From positions 96,001 through 160,000 of the forward strand of contig CAWAOD010000014.1 in assembly GCA_963783575.1 (NCBI GenBank): DNA of 64,000 nucleotides. Reading direction: 5' to 3'. Under the pieces are notes generated by a model. The model made no database searches. It saw only the letters and a list, made by a program, of their open reading frames with translations, and had not been told where the DNA came from. Position 1 is the stretch's first letter. Each line of letters starts with the position of its first letter. Of this stretch, positions 1 to 11,150 are shown one piece after another. The stretch is from an uncultured Spirochaetota bacterium (GTDB taxonomy: Bacteria; Spirochaetota; Brevinematia; Brevinematales; JAOACQ01). The position numbers and the translations under genes were made by a program.

Positions 1-28
1 TTAAATATAATTAGTTAGGAAATTTTCT

Positions 29-1846
29 ATGAAGTTAAAAATAAAACTTTTCACTTATGTCATATTATCAGGAGTAGTTTTATTAACAGGGTTAAGCTGT
101 ATGGCTTCGCCCGGCGGTTCCAGCAACAGCAGCAGTAGTACTTCCAGTACAAGCAATTCATCGTCTTCGACAAATGGTTTGACAGTCACATATAATCCTA
201 ACTTAGGCGGTTATGGTATAGTGCCATCAGACACAAATTTCTATTTACCCGGGCAAACGGTTAATGTTAAATATCCGGAAGACCTTATGACGGCCTTTAG
301 CAACGTCAACAACGAAGCCTACTCAGGAAGTGCCCCTAACATGTCCGGAGCTTTTTCAGTGTGGAATACCATGCCAGACGGCAGCGGAACCTCATATAAT
401 CCGGGTTCGTCATTCAGGATTGGTAGCTCGAATGTAACTCTTTTCGCCATTTGGTCTACAATGCCTGGAAATACAGTAAGTTCATATAATGTAGGCAGTG
501 TCAGGAATATGGATACACGTGGTGTACTTTCGTCCGTCCCGGGTTCTGTTTAGAGCGGACTTTCAACCGATCCCGCGGACTATCTGCCCCTGCTTGTAAA
601 TTCGTTAGTTTTGTCAGCTTCCGATCCGCTGATAAAAATGAAGTATATTCATGACTGGATAGCATACAATATATTCTATGACGATGATGCATTAAATTCC
701 AACTGGTCAAACTATGATCCTTCACCATTCGTGACCCTTTCCAGGATGAAGACAGCCTGTAACGGTTATTCGGCTCTTTTCGCCTCTATGTGCCTCCTTG
801 CCGGGATAAATGTAGGTTTCGTAGAAGGAGTACCTCTAAATCGGCCAAATCAAACAACGTGCCATACCTGGAACATAGTCCAGATAAACGGGAACTATAT
901 GTTCGTAGATGTTACTTTTGACTCAAGAAATTATTTCTCGAATAATACTTATTTTACAATCGTTCACGATTCCAGTTATCTTTTCGTTCCTCCGCAGTAT
1001 TTAATACTTGATCATTATCCCTTTTCCCAGTGTTATCAGTGCCTTACTACACCAGAAAGTTATGCTGCATTTAATGCTGCTCCTGCAACTTGTCATGGCT
1101 TATCCAGTCTGAAAAGCACTTTCTATTCGAAAGGTTATACTTTTTCCGGGACCGTTTCAGGAGTTTACCAATCCGGTTCAAGTGGTGCTTCTTTGCAGGT
1201 TTATATACCGGCAGGAACTGTCCCATATGTGGGTGCTGTAACTACATGGACTAACTTTTATGAAAATTGGACTTTTATTTCAAGACAAGGTTTACTAGCG
1301 ACCATACAAATGCTACCGGCTGTTCCGGGTTATGCTACTGTTCAATTGTTTGACAGTTATATAAGCCCTACAAATGTGCTGGCAAATTTCCTTGTTTATG
1401 CAAGCAGTTATTCGGCTACATCTGATCCTTTTCCCTATGAATACGAACCATGTTTTTCAGAAGATTTTTCCCTCACATCTCCGCTTCAGGGAGATCTGAC
1501 GATTGGGTCCTCATACAATTTCGTATATTCAGCCCCGAATGAATATGCTTCCCTGCTTTTTTACTGGAATACAAATAATAGCACCAGTTCAAACAATGGT
1601 GGGATGGAAACGTCCTTAAATGGAACTTATAATTATATCGAAACAGTCATGGCAACACCTTCAGGTTTCGATAGTATATTATATGACTGGCTGTCTGTAA
1701 GTCCTACAAACAGCAGCGGCTCATATATCGGGTACAATATAGTTTCACCGGGGATTGGTTCTGGTTCCGGCCATAGGATAATAAACCCCCACGGTCTCGG
1801 CATTCCAAAGATGCGGGCACAAAGACAGTTTGTGAAAATACCATGA
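29..1846 (+). CDS. Lipoprotein with InlB-B-type repeat and transglutaminase-like domain, interrupted by one in-frame TAG (551-553)
   Basis: Lipobox-like GLSC and Ser-rich linker; WNT..DGSG.SY repeat motif; Cys-His-Asp motifs TACNGYS, HTWN, FVDVTF. ORFs 29..553 and 611..1846 are in the same frame and 554-610 is open. Confidence 0.7.
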
Positions 1847-2359
1847 ATTCACAATTACGGGAGTATAGGGAAATGTGAAAAAAGATGTAGAATGTCAAAA
1901 CGCGTTGACTGATTGAGGTTATAGCAATGAGACTGATGAATGAAAATATCAAGGATTAAAATATTAAATAATTAAAGTACCTAGAATGTTTATTATTAAG
2001 AATAATATATAATAATTATTATAATATAAAGAGGTATCTTAGGAGGATTTTAATAAGAAGAATAATTCAAAGTATTAAAGAAAATATGTGTCTTAATATA
2101 TTTGGTTTAATAATGATAGAATTTTCTGTTTTATGCTCATAGTCGTAAAATATTATAATCCGACAAATACTAATAATAGTATGAACATGTACTATGATTG
2201 GTCATTAGATTTGATGCCAACTGGCGCTACATTAATAAGATATAATATTAATTCATGTACAGCTAAATTAGGTAAAAATACTTTTTGATCTCAAGAAATA
2301 ATGCTGGAATAATGAATTACAATGTAAAGACAATAGAAATTAATTCTAATGCGGCTTAT

Positions 2360-2545
2360 TGTCCACAGATAATAAAGTAGTAGAATGAAAAATAATGTTA
2401 TAGATGGCTTTGATTTTACTGGTTTTCATAATTACAGCCGATTATAATAATAATCTATTACAATACTTTGTTTTACATGAAAATAATAACTATTATGGCA
2501 AAAGCTTTATCATCAGTTGGCCATTACACAATATTTTTATATATC
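2360..2545 (+). mobile_element. Tn7-like transposon end remnant (copy 1 of a three-copy repeat)
   Basis: TGTCCACA followed by GATAATAAAGT, with a second similar site 20 bp on; same layout as the Tn7 end TGTGGGCG-GACAATAAAGT. Confidence 0.55.
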
Positions 2546-2650
2546 AACACTATACTCCCATTGGGCCTTCATCTGAGTGTGAATCTGTCAATACCTTAAC
2601 ATGCCCTTACATTACCGATTACGGGGTCCACTATTGCTATAATTAAATCT

Positions 2651-2747
2651 GAGTGATTACAAATCGTACACAGTGAATCCCATGATTTTCCTAACTATTT
2701 GATATGATATGAATTAGATGAAGAAAGGTATCGGAGAGAGGGGGATT
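2651..2747 (-). repeat. att-like site: tRNA-Ser 3'-end fragment (2732-2747) within a ~100-bp direct repeat of 58082-58189
   Basis: CGGAGAGAGGGGGATT is the reverse complement of AATCCCCCTCTCTCCG; the flank is near-identical to 58082-58173. Confidence 0.8.
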
Positions 2748-3004
2748 CTGAAAAAATTTGTATTTCTTCTAAGTCCTTAATTATCAAATAGATAGAAACT
2801 TGAACTATAAAAATTTCTTAAAAATACTATACTCAAATCGTACACAATCTGTACACACAAATATATTATAATATATGATAAGAACTTAGGCAAAAAATTT
2901 CGATTTGATAGAAAAAGTGCGATAGCTAAAATATAAATCAATAATTCTTCCAATAAAAGGTAAAAAAAAGGGGAAATAAAATAAATTAACATCTACAGGG
3001 CACT

Positions 3005-3183
3005 ACAGATAATAAAGTAGTAGAATGAAAAATAAAGTTCTATATGGAGTTGATTTACAAGGTTTTCATAATTACAGCCGATTATAATAATGATCTATTA
3101 CACAACTATGTTTTACATGAAAATAACAACTATTACGGCAAACGCTTTATCATCAATTGTCCATTACACAATATTTTTATATC
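3005..3183 (+). repeat. Diverged copy 2 of the 2365-2545 repeat (terminal TGT lost)
   Basis: Colinear similarity over ~180 bp, starting acagataataaagtagtagaatgaaaa. Confidence 0.85.
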
Positions 3184-3333
3184 TTCAACAAATGAAAGCA
3201 CTTTGTAAATTAGAAAATAATAATAAAAGAGTTTATAGCTTAACCTCATTTAAATGGATTATTAGTTTCCTATAGATAACTACTTGGTATTATTTACAAG
3301 AAAGTAGTTTCTTGGGGATTTTTGTCGTCTCTA

Positions 3334-5171
3334 TTAAGTGTCTAATAGATTATCATTTTTTAAAGGAAAGCGAATAACAAATTTTGTTTCCTTTTCTGGG
3401 GTGCTAACGAAAAACATAATACCATTATGTTCTTTTACTATTTGTTGGCAAATTGAAAGTCCTAGACCTGTATTTTTTTTATTAATTTTAGTACTAAAGA
3501 ATGGTTTAAATATTTTTTCCTTTATATCATCCGGTATTCCATAACCATTATCAATAACAAAAATCTCGAAAAACTCTAATTGAGAGTTCTGAGAGATGAT
3601 TATTTTTATCAAACCACCATCTAAAACAGCTTCTATACTATTCGTGATTAAATTTAAAAAAAGCTGTTTAATCCTGTTTTCATCCCCAATAATTTCTGCG
3701 GTTTTAATTTGAAAGTTCTTTTTTAGATTTATTTTCTTTAATGTAAAATTATGATTTAACAGAATAATCACTTCTTCCATTATTTTCACAAGATCAATTT
3801 TGTTTTCAGGAATTTCTTTCATCCGTGAAAATGATAAAAGATTTCCGATGATCTCAACGATCCTGCCTAGTTCTTTTTCAATCTTTAACAATTTTTCCTC
3901 TTCCTTTTTACCAGTAATCTTGCTTTTAAGCAGGATAATGTAATTTTGTATAATGAATAGCGGATTATTGATTTCATGAGCAACACCTACAGCCACCTCC
4001 GCAATAGAAGCCATTTTTTCAGACTGTAAAATATAATTATTAAGGTATCTTGAGATTGAAATATCTTGTATTATCATCACAGAACCTGAGAAGGCATTAT
4101 CATTATCACTTAGTGGAAACACTTCTATTTTCAATATTTTATTTTCACCAAAATGGATATCATCCCAACAATATTTTTCACGTTCCATTATTTTATTTTT
4201 TATTGTTTCCTTAAAACTGATATTAAATTCATCTATAATTTCATTGACGGTTTTATTATTCAAATTGCTTTGTTTTAATTCAAGAATCTCATGTGTCGCA
4301 TAATTTGCTAATTGGATTATATTTTGAGTATCGAAAATAATTACTCCCATTGGAAGATGTTGAATTATATTCTCTATGGACTTTATTATTAGATAAAACT
4401 GGGTGTTCCTTTGCTTTATTTCTTCCTGATTCAATATATATGAATATGTCAATTCAATAAGTCTGTAGTTGTCAAGATCCTTTACATATTCAGTTCCGCG
4501 CCGATAACCGTCTTTTAAAATTGTAACCCTGTCTCCAAGATCCCGTATTTCATCCATATTATGAGTGATATAGATAATACTTTTTCCTGTTTTTTTATAG
4601 TCAAATATAATCTGATAAATTCGTTTCATCTCATCGGGAGTCAGCTTGCTGGAAATCTCATCCAGTATTAGAATACTGGGATTCATAAATAAGACACGAA
4701 CGACTTCTATTATATATTGCTGACGTCCTGGTAATTTATAAAGAGGGATCTTTAGATTAATATTCAGATTAAACTGCTCAATATATTCTTTGCATTTTTT
4801 TAACATTTGATTTCTATGTAAAAAACCAAGAGGATTATTGATTAATTGACCGATAAAAATGTTTTCAACAGAATTTAACTCGGGAATGATGTTTAAATCC
4901 TGATACATCATTCCAATTCCATGTTTTTGAGATGATTTGGGTGTAAAATAATTTATTTGTTTTCCATTTAAAATTATTTCACCCTCTTTTTTTTTATAGC
5001 TCCGCTTAATAATTTTACTAAAGTGGTCTTACCGGCTCTATGCTCGCCGACAAGAGCATGGATTTCTCCCTGATATAAATCAAAATCGACACCTTTCAAA
5101 GCTTTTATATCATTATAAGACACATGTATATTTTTCATATGTAAAATGGGGTTTTGATTTTCGTAGTTCAT
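3334..5171 (-). CDS. ABC-ATPase (sugar-type NBD)-PAS-histidine kinase fusion, ~612 aa, frameshifted in an A9 run (4987-4995)
   Basis: Walker A GEHRAGKT, Q-loop MYQDL, Walker B ILILDE, switch YITH; PAS-like LPMGVIIFD; H-box AHEINNPL; N/G/F boxes NLITNS, DNGYGI, FKPFFSTK, GLGLSI. One extra A joins ORFs 4974..5171 and 3334..4911. Confidence 0.85.
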
Positions 5172-6481
5172 TTTATTTGTAATTTCCTCATTTTGTTATA
5201 AAGGGTTTTTCTATTTATATTAAGAAGTTTTGCTGCTTCATTTTTTATACCGTCAGTTTTTTTCAATGCATCCAGAATAATTTCCTTAGTGAAATTTTCA
5301 TAAGATTCAGATAGGTTTTTTTGCTTTGTATTTGTGATTACAGTTTTATATTGATCCGGTAAATTCTCAAAATCGATTATGTCACTAGAACAGAAAATAA
5401 CAGCCCTCTCCTCAAAATTCTGAAGTTCTCTAATATTTCCAGGCCAGCTGTAACTAAGAAGCAACAACTCAACTTTTTCCGATATCTTTTTTACACTTTT
5501 TGAATATACTTTATTGAAATGATTGATGAAATAATTAGTTAGAGGAATAATATCATCACTTCTGTCTCTTAAAGGAGGCAAATTAAGGGTAATAACAGAA
5601 AGCCTGTAATAAAGGTCCTCTCTAAATAAACCCTTTGCAACAATATCCTGGAGGTTTTTGTTAGTTGCCGAAATAATCCTGAAGTCAGCTTTTATTATTT
5701 CCGAACCTCCAAGCCGGGTAAACTGCTTTTCTTGTAAAATACGCAGCATTTTTGCCTGAGTACTTACACTCATATCGCCTATTTCATCTAGAAAAATTGT
5801 CCCATTTCCGGCAAGCTCAAATTTCCCTTTTTTTTGTGTTTTTGCGTCAGTAAATGCTCCTTTTTCATATCCAAATATCTCGCTTTCAAGCAAATTGTCC
5901 GGAATAGCCGCACAGTTGATCTTAATATATGGTAAGTTCTTTCTATTACTGTAATTATGAAGGATATCCGAAATCAATTCTTTGCCTGTCCCGCTTTCAC
6001 CGCTAATAATAACGGAAGCATTTGTTGGGGCAGCCTTTTTTGAAAGTTCCAGAAGAGATATCATATTGGTATTTTGTGTAATCAATTCGTTGTTGTTTAT
6101 TACATCGTGTTTTAAACTCAAAGAAATCGATAAATTCTTTATTTCTTCCAGAAGCTTTGGAATTTTAATAGGTTTTGTGTAAAGATTTAAAGCGCCATAT
6201 TTAATCGATACTACAGCTTCTTCAACCGTGGCATAACCGGAAATTACAATGATTGGTATTGATTTGATCTCACCCTTTATTATTTTTAAAAGTTCGATCC
6301 CGCTAATGTTCGGCATTTTGATATCGATGATGACCAAATCGATCTTATTATTTTTTATGATATCTATAGCATTAAGAGGATTTGTATCATAAAGTGTTGT
6401 AAAACCTTCTGAATTTAATATTTCAGACAATGACAAGCAAACTTCTAATTCGTCATCTAATATTAATATTGTAAATTCCAT
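5168..6481 (-). CDS. NtrC/AtoC-family sigma-54-dependent response regulator
   Basis: Receiver DD..DIKMP, AAA+ [22 protein letters not shown]-terminal Fis-type HTH; its stop overlaps the kinase start (ATGA). Confidence 0.95.
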   Translation of the reverse strand: MEFTILILDDELEVCLSLSEILNSEGFTTLYDTNPLNAIDIIKNNKIDLVIIDIKMPNISGIELLKIIKGEIKSIPIIVISGYATVEEAVVSIKYGALNLYTKPIKIPKLLEEIKNLSISLSLKHDVINNNELITQNTNMISLLELSKKAAPTNASVIISGESGTGKELISDILHNYSNRKNLPYIKINCAAIPDNLLESEIFGYEKGAFTDAKTQKKGKFELAGNGTIFLDEIGDMSVSTQAKMLRILQEKQFTRLGGSEIIKADFRIISATNKNLQDIVAKGLFREDLYYRLSVITLNLPPLRDRSDDIIPLTNYFINHFNKVYSKSVKKISEKVELLLLSYSWPGNIRELQNFEERAVIFCSSDIIDFENLPDQYKTVITNTKQKNLSESYENFTKEIILDALKKTDGIKNEAAKLLNINRKTLYNKMRKLQIK

Positions 6482-6548
6482 GATTTATATTCTAATAAAT
6501 AAATTTCTGGATGTCAAGGGAACCAAATTTTATAGATCCTTTGTTAAT

Positions 6549-6601
6549 TTGGGTAATATTAACCCCAAAATTTAATTTACAATGGGGCGAAAGTTGCACA
6601 A
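6549..6601. promoter_or_regulatory. Putative upstream activator sites for the sigma-54 regulator
   Basis: Imperfect palindrome TGGGTAATATTAACCCCA and related TGGGGCGAAAGTTGCACA ~110-160 bp upstream of the -24/-12 element. Confidence 0.4.
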
Positions 6602-6707
6602 ATATCAATATTATAAAAATTATTATTGGCATTGTTTTATTTATTTAAATTAATATTTTCTTAATTGATAATGAATTGTAAGTTAAAGTAAAAATTATTT
6701 TTAAATA

Positions 6708-6723
6708 TGGTATAAACTTTGCA
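6708..6723 (+). promoter_or_regulatory. sigma-54 -24/-12 promoter of the ABC operon
   Basis: TGGTATAAACTTTGCA, exact GG-N10-GC spacing. Confidence 0.75.
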
Positions 6724-6847
6724 AACTACTATAGTTATGTTTTTAATTAGAATTATTTACAAATAAATTATAAAATTTATTTTTGATGATAATAAAATAA
6801 CTTTTTAGTTTGTTTTGTTAGCGACTATAAAAATAGGAGGATTTTAA

Positions 6848-7879
6848 ATGACGCGGGATAATGAAACACCAATTATAAGAAAAAGTGGATTTAGTTTATT
6901 AAGTGGAATAATTGCAAGCCCATGGGGAGCAGCATTATTTGCTCTTGTTTTGGTTTTAGCATTAGGTATGGTTTTTAATGCTGATGGTGCTTTTTTCAAA
7001 ATTGGCACACATAGGGATAGTTTAAGACAAGCTTCAGTCTATGGTATTCTTGCTATTGGAATGACGATGGTTATCATTAGCGGTGGTATTGACCTATCGG
7101 TTGGGAGTGTCCTGGGCGCAACCGCTGTTTTGTTTTCTTTGATGAGTATACATTGGGGATGGAATCCAGTAATTTCAATTATACTTTGTTTATTATTTGG
7201 ATCAGCTATCGGTGCAATATCAGGTTCTTTAGTCGCTTTTTTTAAAGTTCAGCCGTTTATTGCCACACTTGCAATGATGTCTTTTGCGCGGGGAATTGCA
7301 AAAATAATCAGCGGAGGAATAAAAGTTTCTACAGTTGTTCCATTGAGTGATGGAACTTTTCGTCAGGCTGATGTTCCTCAGATTTTTAGAATGATTGATT
7401 CAAGAGTATTTGGTGGCAATTTAACAGTCGTGAGTCTTATATTTTTATTCTGTTTAATAATATTTTTTGTGATTTTAAGTTATCACCGCTGGGGAAGACA
7501 GCTTTTTGCTATTGGAGGAAATGAAGAGGCGGCAAGGCTCTCGGGTGTACCTGTTAGATTTACAAAATTAATTGCTTATGTTTCTGGGGGGCTTTTAAGC
7601 GCTGTAGCGGGATTATGCCAGGCAGCTCAGGAACAGCAAGGTGATCCGGAGGCTGGAACGACTTATGAATTGATGGCAATAGCAATGGTAGTTATTGGCG
7701 GTACAAGCTTAATGGGGGGACGGGGGGGGTTAGTTTTAACATTGATAGGGGTCCTGGTAATGGGTTATCTTGACAAAATATTAAGTATAAATGCAGTACC
7801 CGAAGCATGGAGATTTATGCTGACAGGAGTTGTAATTATTTTAGCGGTATTAATTCAAGGTAGAAAGCAAAAATATTGA
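6848..7879 (+). CDS. Monosaccharide ABC transporter permease (RbsC family)
   Basis: GGIDLSVGS, GGNEEAARLSG, IAMVVIGGTSLMGG; AGGAGG RBS. Confidence 0.95.
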   Translation: MTRDNETPIIRKSGFSLLSGIIASPWGAALFALVLVLALGMVFNADGAFFKIGTHRDSLRQASVYGILAIGMTMVIISGGIDLSVGSVLGATAVLFSLMSIHWGWNPVISIILCLLFGSAIGAISGSLVAFFKVQPFIATLAMMSFARGIAKIISGGIKVSTVVPLSDGTFRQADVPQIFRMIDSRVFGGNLTVVSLIFLFCLIIFFVILSYHRWGRQLFAIGGNEEAARLSGVPVRFTKLIAYVSGGLLSAVAGLCQAAQEQQGDPEAGTTYELMAIAMVVIGGTSLMGGRGGLVLTLIGVLVMGYLDKILSINAVPEAWRFMLTGVVIILAVLIQGRKQKY

Positions 7880-8025
7880 TTAGATATAAAAAATATAAAT
7901 ATTTTGTTAGGGTTAAATATTAAAAATAGAAAAATAATGTAAGGTTTAATAGTTTAATGGGTTGATATTAAGATCGAAGGAGGGTGTTAATATCAAAGAT
8001 AGGAGAATATATATTAGGAGGAAGC

Positions 8026-8976
8026 ATGAAAAGAGTTTTAAGTATGATTAGGTTGATTGTTGTTGTTAGCTTTGCATTGTTGTTTTCAGCGAGTTTATTT
8101 GGGGCTACAGCTGCTAAAAAGAGTACTTATATTATCGGAATGAGTCAGTGCAATTTAGGTGAACCGTGGCGTGTTCAAATGAATGCAGATGTTAGAAATG
8201 AAGCAGCTAAGTATAAAAACATTAAGGTAATTTATAAGGATGCGCAAAATGATTCATTAAAACAAAGAGCGCATGTTGAAGAATTTATCAGCTCAAAAGT
8301 TGATTTGCTTATTATCAGTCCTAAAGAAGCACAGCCTCTTACTGATCCTGTTGCTAAATGTATCGATGCTGGTATTCCAGTTATCGTTCTTGACCGGGCG
8401 GTTATAGGTGATAAATATACCCAGTTTATTGGCGCTGATAATGTTAAGATCGGTACAGCTCTTGGAAAATGGGTTGTATCAAAATTAGGCGGAAAGAAAG
8501 CGAAAGTTGTGGAATTAGAGGGATTGATGACTTCTACTCCCGGACAGGACAGGCATACCGGGTTTATGAATGCGATCCAAGGTTCTGATATTAACATTAT
8601 TTTTGCCGCGGATTGTGCATGGCTAGAGCCAAATGCGACAAAAGAAATGGAATCAGCTCTTTCCCGCTTTAATCATATTGACCTCGTATACGGTCATAAT
8701 GATCCGTCTGCTCATGGCGCTTATTTAGCGGCTAAAGCTGCCGGCCGTGAAAAAGAGATGATGTTTGTTGGTATTGATTCTCTTCCGCAAGAAGGTGTTG
8801 CATATGTAAAGAGTGGGATTCTTGATGCGACATTCCAATATCCTACAGGTGGTAATATTGCGATTCAGCAGGCATTGAAGATTTTTAATGGCGAACAGGT
8901 AGAAAAGAAAATTGTATTAGGTTCTAGAATGTTTACAAAAGAAAATGTTGCAAGCGGCGGCGAAGCTATAGAATAA
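8026..8976 (+). CDS. Monosaccharide ABC substrate-binding protein (RbsB-like)
   Basis: Signal peptide, GIPVIVLDR, IGADN, GHND, VGID; ATG 8026 follows AGGAGG. Confidence 0.92.
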   Translation: MKRVLSMIRLIVVVSFALLFSASLFGATAAKKSTYIIGMSQCNLGEPWRVQMNADVRNEAAKYKNIKVIYKDAQNDSLKQRAHVEEFISSKVDLLIISPKEAQPLTDPVAKCIDAGIPVIVLDRAVIGDKYTQFIGADNVKIGTALGKWVVSKLGGKKAKVVELEGLMTSTPGQDRHTGFMNAIQGSDINIIFAADCAWLEPNATKEMESALSRFNHIDLVYGHNDPSAHGAYLAAKAAGREKEMMFVGIDSLPQEGVAYVKSGILDATFQYPTGGNIAIQQALKIFNGEQVEKKIVLGSRMFTKENVASGGEAIE

Positions 8977-9025
8977 AGACGTTTGCTCATAAATATCCTT
9001 TAAGATTCCTCCTTCGATTAACAAT

Positions 9026-9053
9026 AACACCCCGGATTGCCCCCGGGGTGTTT
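9026..9053 (+). terminator. GC-rich hairpin after the binding-protein gene (terminator or mRNA stabiliser)
   Basis: AACACCCCGG-loop-CCGGGGTGTT followed by a short T tail. Confidence 0.65.
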
Positions 9054-9339
9054 AAAATAAAGAATATACATTAGATGCTAATATATTATAATAAATGAAA
9101 TAGTAAGTTTTTTCAAGTTTTAAAGAAGTATTAAAGTATATAAGGTTAAAATGTATTTTTTATGAGGCAAGTTTATATTAAGTTATATAATAATTTTTCT
9201 AATGATGAGCATAATAAGCATATTTTCATGTTTTTATAATGGAATTAAGAAATAATTGAGGAATGTTGAAAGTGTATAGAATAAAAATGATTATAAAAAG
9301 AAATTATACTTTATAAGATTCAACATAAGGAGGTTGAAA

Positions 9340-10858
9340 ATGGAGACAGATAAAATTAAAAGTAAAATATTTGAAATTAAGGGATTAAGTAAAAGTTATC
9401 CGGGTGTTTTAGCATTGGACGATGTAAATATATCTTTATATGCCAATGAAATAGTTGCTTTGGTTGGGGAGAACGGGGCTGGGAAATCGACTATGGTTAA
9501 GGTTATTTCCGGAGCCATAAAACAGGATAAGGGAAAAATGTTTATTGAGGATGATATATATGAAATAAATAATCCTATTGATGCAATTAATAAGGGTATT
9601 AGCGTGATTTATCAAGAATTTAACCTGGTGCCCAATTTATCTGTTTCAGAAAATATATTTCTTGGCAGGGAACTGCAAAATTATTTGGGTTTTGTTGATT
9701 ATAAAAAAATGAGAAAAAAAGCTGAAGAACTAATAAAAATTATGGATGTAGCTATTGATGTTAAAAGTTTAGTTGGGTATTTAAGCGTTGCCCAGCAGCA
9801 AATTGTTGAAATAGCTAAAGCATTATCTGTAGACAGTAAAATAATCATTATGGATGAGCCGTCGGCAACCCTCACTCTGGAAGAAATTAGTAATCTTTTT
9901 AGAATTGTAAAGGATTTAAAAAAAGCTGGAAAGACTATTGTCTATATTACTCATCGATTGGAAGAGATATTTGAAATTGCGGACAGAGTAATTGTTTTAA
10001 GGGATGGCAAATTAATTGGTATAAATAAAGCGTCTGACGTTACAAAGCGGAGTTTGATAAAAGATATGGTCGGTAAAGAAATAGAACAGGAATTCCCAAG
10101 AGAATATTTTAATAAAGGAGATACGGTCTTGAGAGTGGAGGATTTTGCATTAGCCGGACTATTTGAGGGCATTAATTTTGAATTAAAGAAGGGAGAAATC
10201 TTCGGTATTTCAGGACTTGTTGGGGCCGGGAAAACAGAATTTGCAAAAGCTATATTCGGTGCTTTTGGTTCTAAGGTAAAAGGTAAAGTGTTATTAAACG
10301 GTAAAGCATTTAGAATAAAAAGTCCATATACTTCTATTAGACAGGGTCTTGGATTGGTTGTTGAAGACAGGAAAAATGAAGGTTTGGTGATGACAATGAG
10401 CATAAAAAATAATATAACTCTAACCAATTTAAAAAAAATATCTAACGGGTTCTTTATTAGTAATAAAAAAGAAGATGCTGAAGTTAATAAATTTGTTAAA
10501 AGTGTTAGAATAAAGGTGTATGATATTAATAGAGGAGTAAAAGAATTAAGTGGAGGCAACCAGCAGAAGGTATGTTTAAGTAAATGGTTATATTCAGATG
10601 TAAAAATTATGATATTTGATGAACCCACAAGGGGCATTGATGTTGGGGCTAAACATTGAGATTTATCTGTTATTAAATGAACTGGTTAAAAACGGTATTG
10701 GAGTTATTATCATAAGTTCAGAATTAGAAGAAATAATAGGTTTATGTGATAGAGTTATGGTATTATATGAAAGAAAAATGAATAAGATAATTGATAGAAA
10801 TGATAAAAATAGTTTTATCAAAGAAGAGATTATGAGATTGGCGACTGGTGGGCATTAG
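9340..10858 (+). CDS. Sugar ABC ATP-binding protein (RbsA family, two NBDs), frameshifted at ~10656
   Basis: GENGAGKST, MDEPS, GLVGAGKTE, LSGGNQQKV, DEPTRGIDVGAK; removing one T at 10656/7 joins the 10616..10858 frame (ISSELEE). Confidence 0.93.
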
Positions 10859-10868
10859 GAGTTTGAAA

Positions 10869-11087
10869 ATGTTTTAAAACAGATAAGCTTTGCTTCTATA
10901 AAAATATGGATGAGTTTATTGAGGAAATTTCACATAAGATTATACCGGCATTAACGGCAGAGGGGAAGAAATCCCTATAGGTGAGTCCGGAATCGCGGTA
11001 TTGGACTGGCTGAATGGAAGAAGGATCCCCGACGACAACCAAGCTTTGAAACGCGCAATAACCGGTTTGAATCTCGGAAGTGAGTGA
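10869..11087 (+). pseudogene. araB: Ribulokinase (AraB/FGGY family) remnant
   Basis: Manual translation IPIGESGIAVLDWLNGRRIPDDNQALKRAITGLNLGS resembles the AraB motif LDWFNGRRTPDANQ; frameshifted and truncated. Confidence 0.7.
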
Positions 11088-11150
11088 TAGCATTGAAAAA
11101 GACTATAGAATATAAGCATTTTACAGTTAAAGGTATAGACAGTAATATTT

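Noticed and set aside
2040..2359. Possible decayed secreted-protein gene after an AGGAGG
   Set aside because: Multiple stops and no recognisable family
2404..3275. Short ORFs 2404..2646, 2777..2992 and 3090..3275
   Set aside because: They lie in repeat/att DNA and the two repeat copies do not preserve a reading frame
7984..8025. Upstream GTG start for the binding protein
   Set aside because: ATG 8026 has a well-spaced AGGAGG and gives a canonical signal peptide
9951..10637. 228-aa antisense ORF and similar shadow ORFs (8232..8597, 15517..15840, 27764..28150, 58544..59139 and others)
   Set aside because: They overlap well-supported genes on the opposite strand and have no motifs
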